Under the pieces are notes generated by a model. The model had not been told where the DNA came from, did no database searches, and was given only the letters and a program-made list of their open reading frames with translations. The position numbers and the translations under genes were made by a program. Below, one piece after another: positions 54,641-62,544 of a stretch of DNA of 64,000 nt (the stretch's first letter is position 1; every line of letters starts with the position of its first letter). Origin of the DNA: Xanthobacter sp. VTT E-85242 (GTDB lineage Bacteria > Pseudomonadota > Alphaproteobacteria > Rhizobiales > Xanthobacteraceae). Location: the NCBI RefSeq assembly GCF_043195095.1, contig NZ_JBAFWN010000001.1. The stretch is one strand, 5' to 3'.

Positions 54641-54697
54641 CGCCCAGCGCTCACTCCCAATGCTTCAGCCTTGAAATCCGCACCAGATTTTCCCGCC
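54641..54697 (-). pseudogene. Truncated fourth copy of the 63-aa DUF2384-like gene (encodes MIDGRENLVRISRLKHWE then stop)
   Basis: Sequence 54600-54769 repeats the 3' part of the array unit; the ORF stops after 18 codons and the expected downstream 122-aa partner is absent. Confidence 0.6.
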
Positions 54698-54769
54698 CAT
54701 CGATCATCGCCCAGGGATAGCCCGCTGCGGCTGCGGCCGTCGCGACAAGGGCGAGCTACCCTGCTCGGC

Positions 54770-55138
54770 CTATGTCGGCTTGAACGTTCCATCGTCGAGG
54801 TTCCTCAATCGCGATCCTGCTTCGTAACACTGCGGCACCCAAAAAGACGCACGGATGTCCTCAAGCAATCGGCGCGCAGCCTTCGGCGCAACGGCAAGGG
54901 TCGCAGTCGCCGCGTTCAGGCGGACCTGCATGTTCGGGTAGTCGTACAGCGCCATCAGCGCACGCCGCTGATCGCCGGGGCGCGTCTTCAACTCGGCTTC
55001 TATTGCCCGTTTTTCTAAAAACGAACGGTTGTATTTACGTATTTCATCGTAATCCAAATTATATTGTAAAATACCAATCTGAACATAATCTTTGACGAGC
55101 TTGTCCGTCGACATTTCACTCAGTTTTGCCTTCTTCAT
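54770..55138 (-). CDS. 122-aa array protein, copy 1 (possible DUF2019-like, HEAT-like C-terminal half)
   Basis: MKKAKLSEMSTDKLVKDYVQIGILQYNLDYDEIRKYNRSFLEKRAIEAELKTRPGDQRRALMALYDYPNMQVRLNAATATLAVAPKAARRLLEDIRAS... Its ATG overlaps the stop of the upstream small gene (ATGA). Confidence 0.75.
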   Translation of the reverse strand: MKKAKLSEMSTDKLVKDYVQIGILQYNLDYDEIRKYNRSFLEKRAIEAELKTRPGDQRRALMALYDYPNMQVRLNAATATLAVAPKAARRLLEDIRASFWVPQCYEAGSRLRNLDDGTFKPT

Positions 55139-55326
55139 GGCTTTAGAACTCCATGATCTATCAGTGCTTTTATACCCACCCGCTTTCGCTCAGGCCTATC
55201 CCTATCCTTCAGGTATTCGCGCGGCGAGACACCTCCATAATCATCATTTCCTTTTTGATACCATGCGCTGATCTCCCAATGCTTCAACCGGGAAATCCGC
55301 ACCAGATTTTCCCGCCCATCGATCAT
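55135..55326 (-). CDS. 63-aa DUF2384-like (Xre/MbcA/ParS antitoxin toxin-binding-domain-like) protein, copy 1
   Basis: MIDGRENLVRISRLKHWEISAWYQKGNDDYGGVSPREYLKDRDRPERKRVGIKALIDHGVLKP. The W...N...GG.SP.E.L......V...L..i.hG pattern matches my recollection of DUF2384. Confidence 0.7.
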   Translation of the reverse strand: MIDGRENLVRISRLKHWEISAWYQKGNDDYGGVSPREYLKDRDRPERKRVGIKALIDHGVLKP

Positions 55327-55388
55327 CGCCCGGGGATAGCCCGCTGCGGCTGCCGCCGTCTCGACAAGGGGGAGCTACCCTGCGCGGG

Positions 55389-55757
55389 CTATGTCGGCTT
55401 GAACGTTCCATCATCGAGACGCCGCAATCCCATTCCGGCTTCGAACGCTTGCGGTTGCCAGCCAGACGCGCGGATATCCTCGAGCAAACGGCGAGCAGCC
55501 TCCGGCGCAACGGCCAGCGTCGCCGTCGCCGCGTTCAGGCGGACCTGCATGTTCGGGTAATCGTACAGCGCCATCAGCGCACGCCGCTGATCACCGGGGC
55601 GCACCTTCAACTCGTCCTCTATTGTCATTCTTTTGAAAAATGAACGTTTATACCGACGAATGTCGTCGTAATCTAATTTATATTCAAAAATTCCGATTTT
55701 AATATAGAAATCAACGAGGTCCTGTGTAGACATTTTGCTCAGATTTTCGTTTTTCAT
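55389..55757 (-). CDS. 122-aa array protein, copy 2
   Basis: MKNENLSKMSTQDLVDFYIKIGIFEYKLDYDDIRRYKRSFFKRMTIEDELKVRPGDQRRALMALYDYPNMQVRLNAATATLAVAPEAARRLLEDIRASGW... Confidence 0.75.
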   Translation of the reverse strand: MKNENLSKMSTQDLVDFYIKIGIFEYKLDYDDIRRYKRSFFKRMTIEDELKVRPGDQRRALMALYDYPNMQVRLNAATATLAVAPEAARRLLEDIRASGWQPQAFEAGMGLRRLDDGTFKPT

Positions 55758-55945
55758 GGCTTCAGAACCCCATGCTCCACAAGAGCTTCTATGCCGACCC
55801 GCTGGCGCTCAGCCCAATCATTATCCTTCAGGTATTCGCGCGGAGAGAGTTGCCCAAAAGCACGATTCGGCCTTTGATACCATGCGCTGATCTCCCAATG
55901 CTTCAACCGGGAAATCCGCACCAGGTTTTCCCGCCCATCGATCAT
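55754..55945 (-). CDS. 63-aa DUF2384-like protein, copy 2
   Basis: MIDGRENLVRISRLKHWEISAWYQRPNRAFGQLSPREYLKDNDWAERQRVGIEALVEHGVLKP. Confidence 0.7.
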   Translation of the reverse strand: MIDGRENLVRISRLKHWEISAWYQRPNRAFGQLSPREYLKDNDWAERQRVGIEALVEHGVLKP

Positions 55946-56007
55946 CGCCCAGGGATAGCCCGCTGCGGCTGCGGCCGTCTCGACAAGGGGGAGCTACCCT
56001 GCGCGGG

Positions 56008-56376
56008 CTATGTCGGCTTGAACGTTCCATCATCGAGTCGCCGCAATCGCATTCCCGCATCGTAAGCTTGTGGTGGCCAGCCGGACGCGCGGATATCCTC
56101 GAGCAATCGGCGCGCCGCCTCAGGCGCAACGGCAAGGGTCGCCGTCGCCGCGTTCAGGCGAACCTGCATGTTCGGGTAGTCGTACAGCGCCATCAGCGCA
56201 CGTCGCTGATCACCGGGGCGCGCCTTCAACTCGCTCTCTATTGCCCGTTTTTGGAAAAAAAAACGATTGTATTTTCCGATTTCATCGGTATCCAATTTAT
56301 ATTGATAAATACCAATTTCAATGTAAACATCTACAAGTTCTTTTATAGATATTTTGCTCAAATCTTGTTTTTTCAT
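56008..56376 (-). CDS. 122-aa array protein, copy 3
   Basis: MKKQDLSKISIKELVDVYIEIGIYQYKLDTDEIGKYNRFFFQKRAIESELKARPGDQRRALMALYDYPNMQVRLNAATATLAVAPEAARRLLEDIRASGW... Confidence 0.75.
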   Translation of the reverse strand: MKKQDLSKISIKELVDVYIEIGIYQYKLDTDEIGKYNRFFFQKRAIESELKARPGDQRRALMALYDYPNMQVRLNAATATLAVAPEAARRLLEDIRASGWPPQAYDAGMRLRRLDDGTFKPT

Positions 56377-56564
56377 GGCTTCAAAACCCCATGCTCCACG
56401 AGAGCCTCTATGCCGACCCGCTGGCGCTCAGCCCAATCCTTGTCCTTCAGGTATTGGCGCGGTGAAAGGCCTTCATAATCATCATTTCTTTTTTGATACC
56501 ATGCGCTGATCTCCCAATGCTTCAACCGGGAAATCCGCACCAGATTTTCCCGCCCATCGATCAT
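56373..56564 (-). CDS. 63-aa DUF2384-like protein, copy 3
   Basis: MIDGRENLVRISRLKHWEISAWYQKRNDDYEGLSPRQYLKDKDWAERQRVGIEALVEHGVLKP. Its ATG (56564..56562) overlaps the TGA (56563..56561) of the upstream 220-aa ORF. The track ORF to 56645 is an out-of-context extension. Confidence 0.7.
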   Translation of the reverse strand: MIDGRENLVRISRLKHWEISAWYQKRNDDYEGLSPRQYLKDKDWAERQRVGIEALVEHGVLKP

Positions 56565-57223
56565 CGCCCGGGGATAGCCCGCTGCGGCTGCGGCCGTCTG
56601 CTCGACAATATGATGCACATCGGTCCCTGCTGCAGGCACATCCACCGCGCCTGGAGTTCGGCCAAGGTCTTCGGCGGCTCCAGATACGCCGTGATGTGAG
56701 GAATAAGGAGATCAGCAATCCAGACTGTCGCCTCCACAGCGGCCGCAAACAGCTTCGCCTGCGGGCTGGGGCCGTAACGCATTGCGCGGAGCAGCCAGCC
56801 GGCCGCGCGCCGCACCACGCGCATGCGGTCCTGCGCGGTGGGCGGCGCCTCGCGTGGAATGGCCGGCGGGTCTTCGAGAGGCGGGCCGCCATTGTGCCCG
56901 ATCTCCGGGGGCCGCGGGGTGATGATGATGCGCGGCGGGTCTCCCTCGCCCCGGGGCGGGAGTTGCGGACCCGCAGGTGGCGGCGTGACGGGCTTGGAGC
57001 CCGACGGGGCTGTTCCGGCGCCACCCGGGCCGGCCCATTGTCCCCCGTGTGGGTTGTTCCTTGGAATGCGCGGCTGGTTCGGGTTGAAACCCGCCTTGCG
57101 GATCGCCTCGCGCAGCCGCAGGAGCTTGACGTGAAAACTTAGATCCACCAGCGCGGCGCGGATGTCCAGAAGCTCCTGAACATCCGGCTCGGACACCGGG
57201 GTGTTGGATTGCCACCGATACAT
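56561..57223 (-). CDS. Hypothetical 220-aa protein: short N-terminal helix region, about 90-aa Pro/Gly-rich linker, about 80-aa C-terminal domain. Translationally coupled to the array
   Basis: MYRWQSNTPVSEPDVQELLDIRAALVDLSFHVKLL...PRIPRNNPHGGQWAGPGGAGTAPSGSKPVTPPPAGPQLPP...GHNGGPPLEDPPAIP...RAAGWLLRAMRYGPSPQAKLFAAAVEATVWIADLLIPHITAYLEPPKTLAELQARWM. The last about 15 codons are encoded by repeat-unit DNA. Confidence 0.5.
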   Translation of the reverse strand: MYRWQSNTPVSEPDVQELLDIRAALVDLSFHVKLLRLREAIRKAGFNPNQPRIPRNNPHGGQWAGPGGAGTAPSGSKPVTPPPAGPQLPPRGEGDPPRIIITPRPPEIGHNGGPPLEDPPAIPREAPPTAQDRMRVVRRAAGWLLRAMRYGPSPQAKLFAAAVEATVWIADLLIPHITAYLEPPKTLAELQARWMCLQQGPMCIILSSRRPQPQRAIPGR

Positions 57224-57438
57224 GGGTCAGCCTCTCTCCTTTGCTTCAGGATGAGGCCGTTTCGGACGATAGGAATAAATTCATGGAGACGCTTGGCCGT
57301 CTGAAAATCACTTAGGGAAAGCAGGGGTGAATTTTTAGGTTTATTTTCCTAGCGTTATCCGCCCGCCTTCGGAAGAAAATAAATCTGCCTAGAGCGCAAA
57401 TCGCGAAAATCTTTCCCCACCCGCGCAGCGTTCCCCGC

Positions 57439-60000
57439 TCACAGATGCCGCAGCACCCGCACCGGCTTTTCGCTCAGCGCCCGCCACGTCCCGAGCAGGC
57501 CAAAGCCGAGGGTAAACACCAGCGCCAACCCCATCGCACCGGCCGCCGCGCCGGGGGCGAAGGCAAAGCCGATCTCCATCACCCGCGTCACCACCCCATA
57601 GGCGGCGAGCGAGCCGGCGGCGATGGCGAACAGCGCCGTCACGAGCCCGAGCCCGGCATATTCAAGCCCATAGGCCAGGATCAGCCGCCCGCGCGTTGCG
57701 CCGAGCGTCTTCAGGATCACCGCGTCATAAACGCGATGCTGATGGCCTGCCGCCAAGGCTCCGGCCAGCACCAGCACGGAGGTAAGCAGCGTCACCAGCG
57801 AGGCGATGCGGATGCCGAAGGCGAGGTCGCCCACCATCTTGTTGGCCTGCTCCAGCGCCTCCTTCACCCGAATGGTGGTGATGGCGGGATAAGCGCGCGC
57901 CATCTCCCGCAGCAAGGGGATTTCACGCGCGGCGTCGGCGCCCTCGGGAAAGGTCAGGGTGGCGAGCAAGGTATGGGGCGCGCCGGCGAAGGTCGCGGGC
58001 GAGAACACCATCACGAAATTGATGCCCAGCCGCTCCCATTTGACCTCGCGCAGGTTGGAGATGCGGGCGGTGATCGCCCGGCCGAGCACGCTCACCGTCA
58101 CCGTATCACCGAGCTTGAGCCCGAGGCCCTGCGCCAGCTTCTTGTCGAAGGAAACCAGCGGCTCGGTTTCGTTCGGGCCCCACCATTGGCCCTCCACCAC
58201 CTTGGAGCCTTCCGGCACCTCGGAAGCGGTGGAAATGCCCCGGTCGCTCTGCAGCACCCAGGCGGCATCGGCGGAGGGCTTCACCTGCTCGGCCGGGATA
58301 TCGTTGAGGGCGAGAATGCGCCCACGCAGCATCGGCACGGCACGGTAGGCGGCACCCGGAGCATGGGTGGCGATGAAGCTGGCGAATTCCTGCGCGTCGG
58401 CGCTCGGCACGTCCACGAAGAAGAAGCTCGGCGCCTTCTCCGACAGCGCGCCGGAAATCTCCTGCGTCAGGCTGCGGTCGATCAGTGCGATGGCGGTCAG
58501 CAGCGAGAGGCCGAGCCCGAGCGACAGCACAACGGTGGGCGTGAGCGCGCCGGGCCGGTGGATATTGGCGAGCGCGAGCCGCGCCATGGTGTTGCGCGGG
58601 CGCGGCAGGCGCGCGGCGAGCGCCATGATGCCCATCGCCACCAGCCGCAGCAGGCCGAACACGCAGGCCGCCGCGCCAAGGAAAATCATGGCCGCGCGCT
58701 TGTCCTCCGCCGTCAGCACGGCAAGGGCGGCGAGGGCCGCCATGGCCAGGGCACACAGGCCCGTATAGATCCATTGCGGGCGGCGGCGCTCCTGCCCCAG
58801 CGCGTCACGAAACAGGCTGGAGACCGGCGCCTCCTGCGCTCGCGCGAGCGGCCACAAGGTGAAGGCCAGCGTGACCAGAGCGCCGTAGAGCGCCGCCATC
58901 GCCAGCGCGAGCGGATCGAGGTGCGGCGCCAGCGGAAATGGGATGAGGCTCGCAATGGCCGCCGTGGCGACGAACGGCAAGGCGGCGCCCAGCACGAGCC
59001 CGATGGCGATGCCGATCGCCGCCAGGATCGCCACCTCGAAGAAATAGGTGCCGAAAATGGTGGCACGGGTGGCCCCGAGCGCCTTTAAGGTCGCAATCAC
59101 GGTGCGCTTCGTCGCGAGATGGCTCGCCACCGCATTGGCCACGCCCACGCCGCCCACCAGCAAAGCGGTCAGGCCCACCAGCGTGAGATATTGGCTGATG
59201 CGCCGAACATTGCGCTCCAATTGCGGGGAAGCGGCATCGCGCGTACGCACCTCGAACCCGGCCTCGGGCGCCCCCTCGCGGACGCTCTTGGTGAAGGCGT
59301 CGAGTGCGGCAGCGGAAGGATCGTCCAACAGCACCCGATAGCTCCAGCGCACCAAGCTGCCGGGCTGGATCAGCTGGGTTGCCGGCAGGGCTGCGGTGGA
59401 AACCAGCAGGCGCGGGCCGAAGCCGACGCCGGCGGAAAGCCGGTCCGGCTCGGTGTCGAGCACCGCGCGGATCTGGAAGCGCGTCTCGCCCACGCTGAGC
59501 ATATCGCCGATCTTCAGCGAAAGGCGCGACATCAGCGTTTCGTCCGCCAGGGCCCCGAACGTGCCGCCGTGCTCCGCCAGGAGATCGGCCAGGGGAGCGG
59601 CGGGCGTGGTTTCGACCGCGCCGACCATGGGATAGGTGGCATCCACCGCCTTGAGCTCCACCAGGGTGGCGTCGCCCTCTCCGGTGCGGGCCATGGCGCG
59701 CAGGAAAGCGACCTGCCCCACTTTGCCGCCGGCGGTGATCAGCGCCTGCTCCTGCGGGCTCGCCGCGCGCTGGATCAAGGTGAATCCAGCATCCCCGCCC
59801 AGGATGGCGCGTCCCTCGCGGGCCAGTCCGTCGGTGAGTGCGCCCGCGAACGAGCCGATGCCGGCGATCGCCATGACGCCCAAAGCGAGGCAGGCGAGGA
59901 AGATGCCGAAACCACGTCGCGCGCCGCGCAATTCGCGCAGCGCCAGCCGCAGGCTGACGGGAAGGCGCGACGCCGCTTGCGCCGGCACAGCGGCGCTCAC
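57439..60000 (-). CDS. ABC transporter permease with two FtsX domains (YbbP-like), about 853 aa
   Basis: Start assigned to the GTG at 60000 (VSAAVPAQAASRLPVSLRLALRELRGARRGFGIF...), overlapping the ATPase stop (GTGA). The track ORF (to 60747) is a fusion with an out-of-frame leader. Confidence 0.75.
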   Translation of the reverse strand: MSAAVPAQAASRLPVSLRLALRELRGARRGFGIFLACLALGVMAIAGIGSFAGALTDGLAREGRAILGGDAGFTLIQRAASPQEQALITAGGKVGQVAFLRAMARTGEGDATLVELKAVDATYPMVGAVETTPAAPLADLLAEHGGTFGALADETLMSRLSLKIGDMLSVGETRFQIRAVLDTEPDRLSAGVGFGPRLLVSTAALPATQLIQPGSLVRWSYRVLLDDPSAAALDAFTKSVREGAPEAGFEVRTRDAASPQLERNVRRISQYLTLVGLTALLVGGVGVANAVASHLATKRTVIATLKALGATRATIFGTYFFEVAILAAIGIAIGLVLGAALPFVATAAIASLIPFPLAPHLDPLALAMAALYGALVTLAFTLWPLARAQEAPVSSLFRDALGQERRRPQWIYTGLCALAMAALAALAVLTAEDKRAAMIFLGAAACVFGLLRLVAMGIMALAARLPRPRNTMARLALANIHRPGALTPTVVLSLGLGLSLLTAIALIDRSLTQEISGALSEKAPSFFFVDVPSADAQEFASFIATHAPGAAYRAVPMLRGRILALNDIPAEQVKPSADAAWVLQSDRGISTASEVPEGSKVVEGQWWGPNETEPLVSFDKKLAQGLGLKLGDTVTVSVLGRAITARISNLREVKWERLGINFVMVFSPATFAGAPHTLLATLTFPEGADAAREIPLLREMARAYPAITTIRVKEALEQANKMVGDLAFGIRIASLVTLLTSVLVLAGALAAGHQHRVYDAVILKTLGATRGRLILAYGLEYAGLGLVTALFAIAAGSLAAYGVVTRVMEIGFAFAPGAAAGAMGLALVFTLGFGLLGTWRALSEKPVRVLRHL

Positions 60001-60710
60001 GCCGTCACCTTGGGAGAGGCGCTGTCGGCCTCGATCCGCCCCGAGCGCAGATGCACGGTGCGCCCGCAGCGCGCAGCGAGGGCCGCATCGTGCGTGACGA
60101 GGACGAGCGTGGTGCCGCGCGCCAGATGCGCGGCGAACAGCAGGTCCATGATCTGCCGCCCGGTCGTCTCGTCGAGATTGCCGGTCGGTTCGTCCGCCAC
60201 CAGGATCGCGGGATGGGGCGCGAGCGCGCGGGCGACCGCCACGCGTTGCTGCTCGCCGCCGGACAATTGAGAGGGATAATGGGAGAGCCGCCCGCCGAGT
60301 CCCACCGCCTCCAATTCCGCCGCCGCCCGGCCGAAGGCATCGGCGCGCCCGGCGAGTTCGAGGGGAATGGCGACATTTTCGAGTGCCGTCATGGTGGGGA
60401 TGAGGTGGAAGGATTGGAATACGATCCCCACATGGGCACCACGGAAGCGCGCGAGCGCATCCTCGCCACGCCCCGTCAGCACCTCGCCGGCAACCCGCAC
60501 CTCGCCGCCGTCCACCCGTTCGAGGCCCGCCATCACCATGAGCAAAGTCGACTTGCCGGAGCCAGACGGCCCGACCAATCCCACGGTCTCGCCCGCGCCG
60601 ATGGCAAGCGATACGCTCTTCAGCACATGCACCCGCGCCGCCCCGCTGCCGAGCGAGAGATCCACATCGGTCAGCGTAATAGCGGGCGCGGGAGAGGAGT
60701 GAGTATCCAT
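59997..60710 (-). CDS. ABC transporter ATP-binding protein (YbbA/LolD-like)
   Basis: Walker A GPSGSGKST, ABC signature LSGGEQQRV, Walker B ILVADEPTGNLD, H-loop VTHD. Confidence 0.9.
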   Translation of the reverse strand: MDTHSSPAPAITLTDVDLSLGSGAARVHVLKSVSLAIGAGETVGLVGPSGSGKSTLLMVMAGLERVDGGEVRVAGEVLTGRGEDALARFRGAHVGIVFQSFHLIPTMTALENVAIPLELAGRADAFGRAAAELEAVGLGGRLSHYPSQLSGGEQQRVAVARALAPHPAILVADEPTGNLDETTGRQIMDLLFAAHLARGTTLVLVTHDAALAARCGRTVHLRSGRIEADSASPKVTA

Positions 60711-60858
60711 GCGGTCTCAGATCGATTCGCACGTCGCGGAGCATCAAGCGGAGCGTTTCACATGGCTCCGCATGGCGCGCGCGGCGGCGCTGGGATGGGC
60801 GCGTCGGGGACGCGCGGCCGGACGGCGTCCGGTGCTTGGGGCATATGGAACGTCATTC

Positions 60859-61506
60859 ATGTCGCGGAAAGGGCTGATCGCGCTTATGGTCGCATTCACG
60901 TTTGCGTCAGCACCCGCCCTCGCGAAGACGGTGAAACTGGTGGCCTTGGGCGACAGCCTCACCGCCGGCTACAACCTCCCGCGCGCCGACAGCTTCGCGG
61001 CGCAGCTGGAAACCGCCCTACGTGCGAAGGGCTATGACGTCAGCGTGGCCAATGCCGGCGTCTCGGGCGACACCGCGAGCGGCGGGCTCGCCCGGCTGGA
61101 CTGGAGCGTGCCGAAGGGCACCGACGGCGTGATCCTGGAACTTGGTGCCAACGACATGCTGCGCGGCCTCAACCCGGATATCGCGCGCCAGGCGCTGGGC
61201 GAGATCATCGTTCGCCTCAAGGCTCGCGGCATCCCGGTCCTGCTGGCCGGCATGCGCGCCTCGCTCAATATGGATTCGGCCTACCGGCGCGAATTCGATT
61301 CCATCTACCCGGACCTTGCCGCCCAATACGGCCTGCCGCTTTATCCCTTCTTTCTCGACGGCATCGTGGGAGATCGCAGCCTGAACCTGCCAGACGGGCT
61401 GCATCCGACCGCGCAAGGGGTGGCGCGGATCGTGTCCGGCATCTTGCCGCAGGTGGAGGCATTCCTCGCGCAGATCGGGGCTCCGAAACCGGCGGGCGCT
61501 CAGTAG
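60859..61506 (+). CDS. SGNH/GDSL arylesterase-thioesterase (TesA-like), secreted
   Basis: Signal peptide then GDSLTAGY block I, later G, GxND and DGLHP blocks. Divergent from the ybbA/ybbP-like pair, as in E. coli tesA-ybbA-ybbP. Confidence 0.8.
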   Translation: MSRKGLIALMVAFTFASAPALAKTVKLVALGDSLTAGYNLPRADSFAAQLETALRAKGYDVSVANAGVSGDTASGGLARLDWSVPKGTDGVILELGANDMLRGLNPDIARQALGEIIVRLKARGIPVLLAGMRASLNMDSAYRREFDSIYPDLAAQYGLPLYPFFLDGIVGDRSLNLPDGLHPTAQGVARIVSGILPQVEAFLAQIGAPKPAGAQ

Positions 61507-62327
61507 CGATACAGCGCGGCGAGCACGAGCCCGTTCTCCTGCAAGGCGTTGCGCGCGAAATAGGTGGTCACCAGGCTGGCCTGGACCGCCAAGCTGTCGG
61601 AAACGTCGTACATCACGCCCATCTGCAGCTTGTAATACTCATAGGAGGCGTCGAAATAGGGCGCCTCCCCCGCCCCTTCGGACATCACGTTGAAGGATTG
61701 CGCCAGCACCAGCCAGCGCGGCGCGATCCGCACCCCGAGGGTGGCATCCACGCGCCATTCGTCGGGCGGGGCGCCGAAGCGCAGGCGCTGGGCCAGTTCA
61801 AGATCGAGGAAGGCGGGCAGGCCCCATAGCACCAAGTTCCAGCCGGCCAGCGCCCGCAGATCCAGTTCGCCATTGACATAGCCGATGACCGCCGGCCCCT
61901 CGCTCGGCTTGGCGCCGGGAAAGCGCGCCACCGCCTGGAGCGAGGCCACGAAGCCGTCTCCCTGCGCGATCTTCACCCGCCCACCCAGATCCGTATAGCC
62001 GGGACCGAGATAGGACGTGTCGGCCGGGCTGCCGAGGGAGATGGAGAGCAGCTCCGGCGCCAGGATCAAGGTGAGGCTGTCGGTCGCGCCCACCTCCATG
62101 AACAATTGGGTGGAGACCTTGTCATAGGTCTGCGCCGCATAAAGATTGGACGAGCCGTCGAAGGCATGGTCGGCCCGCGTCATGGTCGATTGAAGATAGG
62201 CCTGAAAGCCGGATTCCTTCAGCGTCCAGGCGCCCGCGCAGGCGCGCTGGGGCGCGGACGCCAGCCCGCAGGCCGCCAGCACGGCGCATAGGGCCGAGCC
62301 AATGGAAAGACGCCCCCCAGCGCCCAT
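61500..62327 (-). CDS. Outer-membrane beta-barrel protein (MipA/OmpV-like?), signal peptide
   Basis: N-terminal signal sequence, alternating amphipathic strands, C-terminal ...LAALYRY aromatic terminus. Confidence 0.45.
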   Translation of the reverse strand: MGAGGRLSIGSALCAVLAACGLASAPQRACAGAWTLKESGFQAYLQSTMTRADHAFDGSSNLYAAQTYDKVSTQLFMEVGATDSLTLILAPELLSISLGSPADTSYLGPGYTDLGGRVKIAQGDGFVASLQAVARFPGAKPSEGPAVIGYVNGELDLRALAGWNLVLWGLPAFLDLELAQRLRFGAPPDEWRVDATLGVRIAPRWLVLAQSFNVMSEGAGEAPYFDASYEYYKLQMGVMYDVSDSLAVQASLVTTYFARNALQENGLVLAALYRY

Positions 62328-62544
62328 GATTTTGCTCCCCGCCGGCGGGCAATTGTGCCCCGGCCCGCTCTGCTCATGCTATCATGCAAACGGTTCGGGC
62401 GCGGGATGGCGGGCGCGGGTGACGTTGCGGAAATTTCATGAAACGGTCTCTTGCCGCCACATTTTGAACCCACCATATTGACCGTGAACCGCTGGGACGG
62501 CGCGGCCGGAAGGTCGTGCCCAGGTCCCGCGGTCGAAGTGGAGA

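Larger units (their letters stand above)
54600..56600. repeat. Tandem array, exact 619-bp period, 3 full + 1 partial copy of a two-gene unit
   Basis: 122-aa gene starts at 55138/55757/56376 and small-gene starts at 55326/55945/56564 are each spaced exactly 619 bp. Long identical DNA stretches (e.g. ccatcgatcatcgcccagggatagcccgctgcggctgcggccgtc...ctatgtcggcttgaacgttccatc) recur in every unit. Confidence 0.9.

Noticed and set aside
54600-56600. Possibility that the regular 619-bp repeats are a CRISPR array or an rRNA/IS element
   Set aside because: The period is far too long for CRISPR, and there are no short direct repeats or spacers. Every unit is fully protein-coding with ATGA-coupled ORFs. 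No transposase or inverted terminal repeats were seen.
57439-60747. 1102-aa ORF merging the FtsX permease with an upstream leader
   Set aside because: The N-terminal about 250 aa overlap the ABC ATPase gene in another frame and are Arg/Gly-rich. Permease homology starts at the GTG at 60000, which overlaps the ATPase stop.
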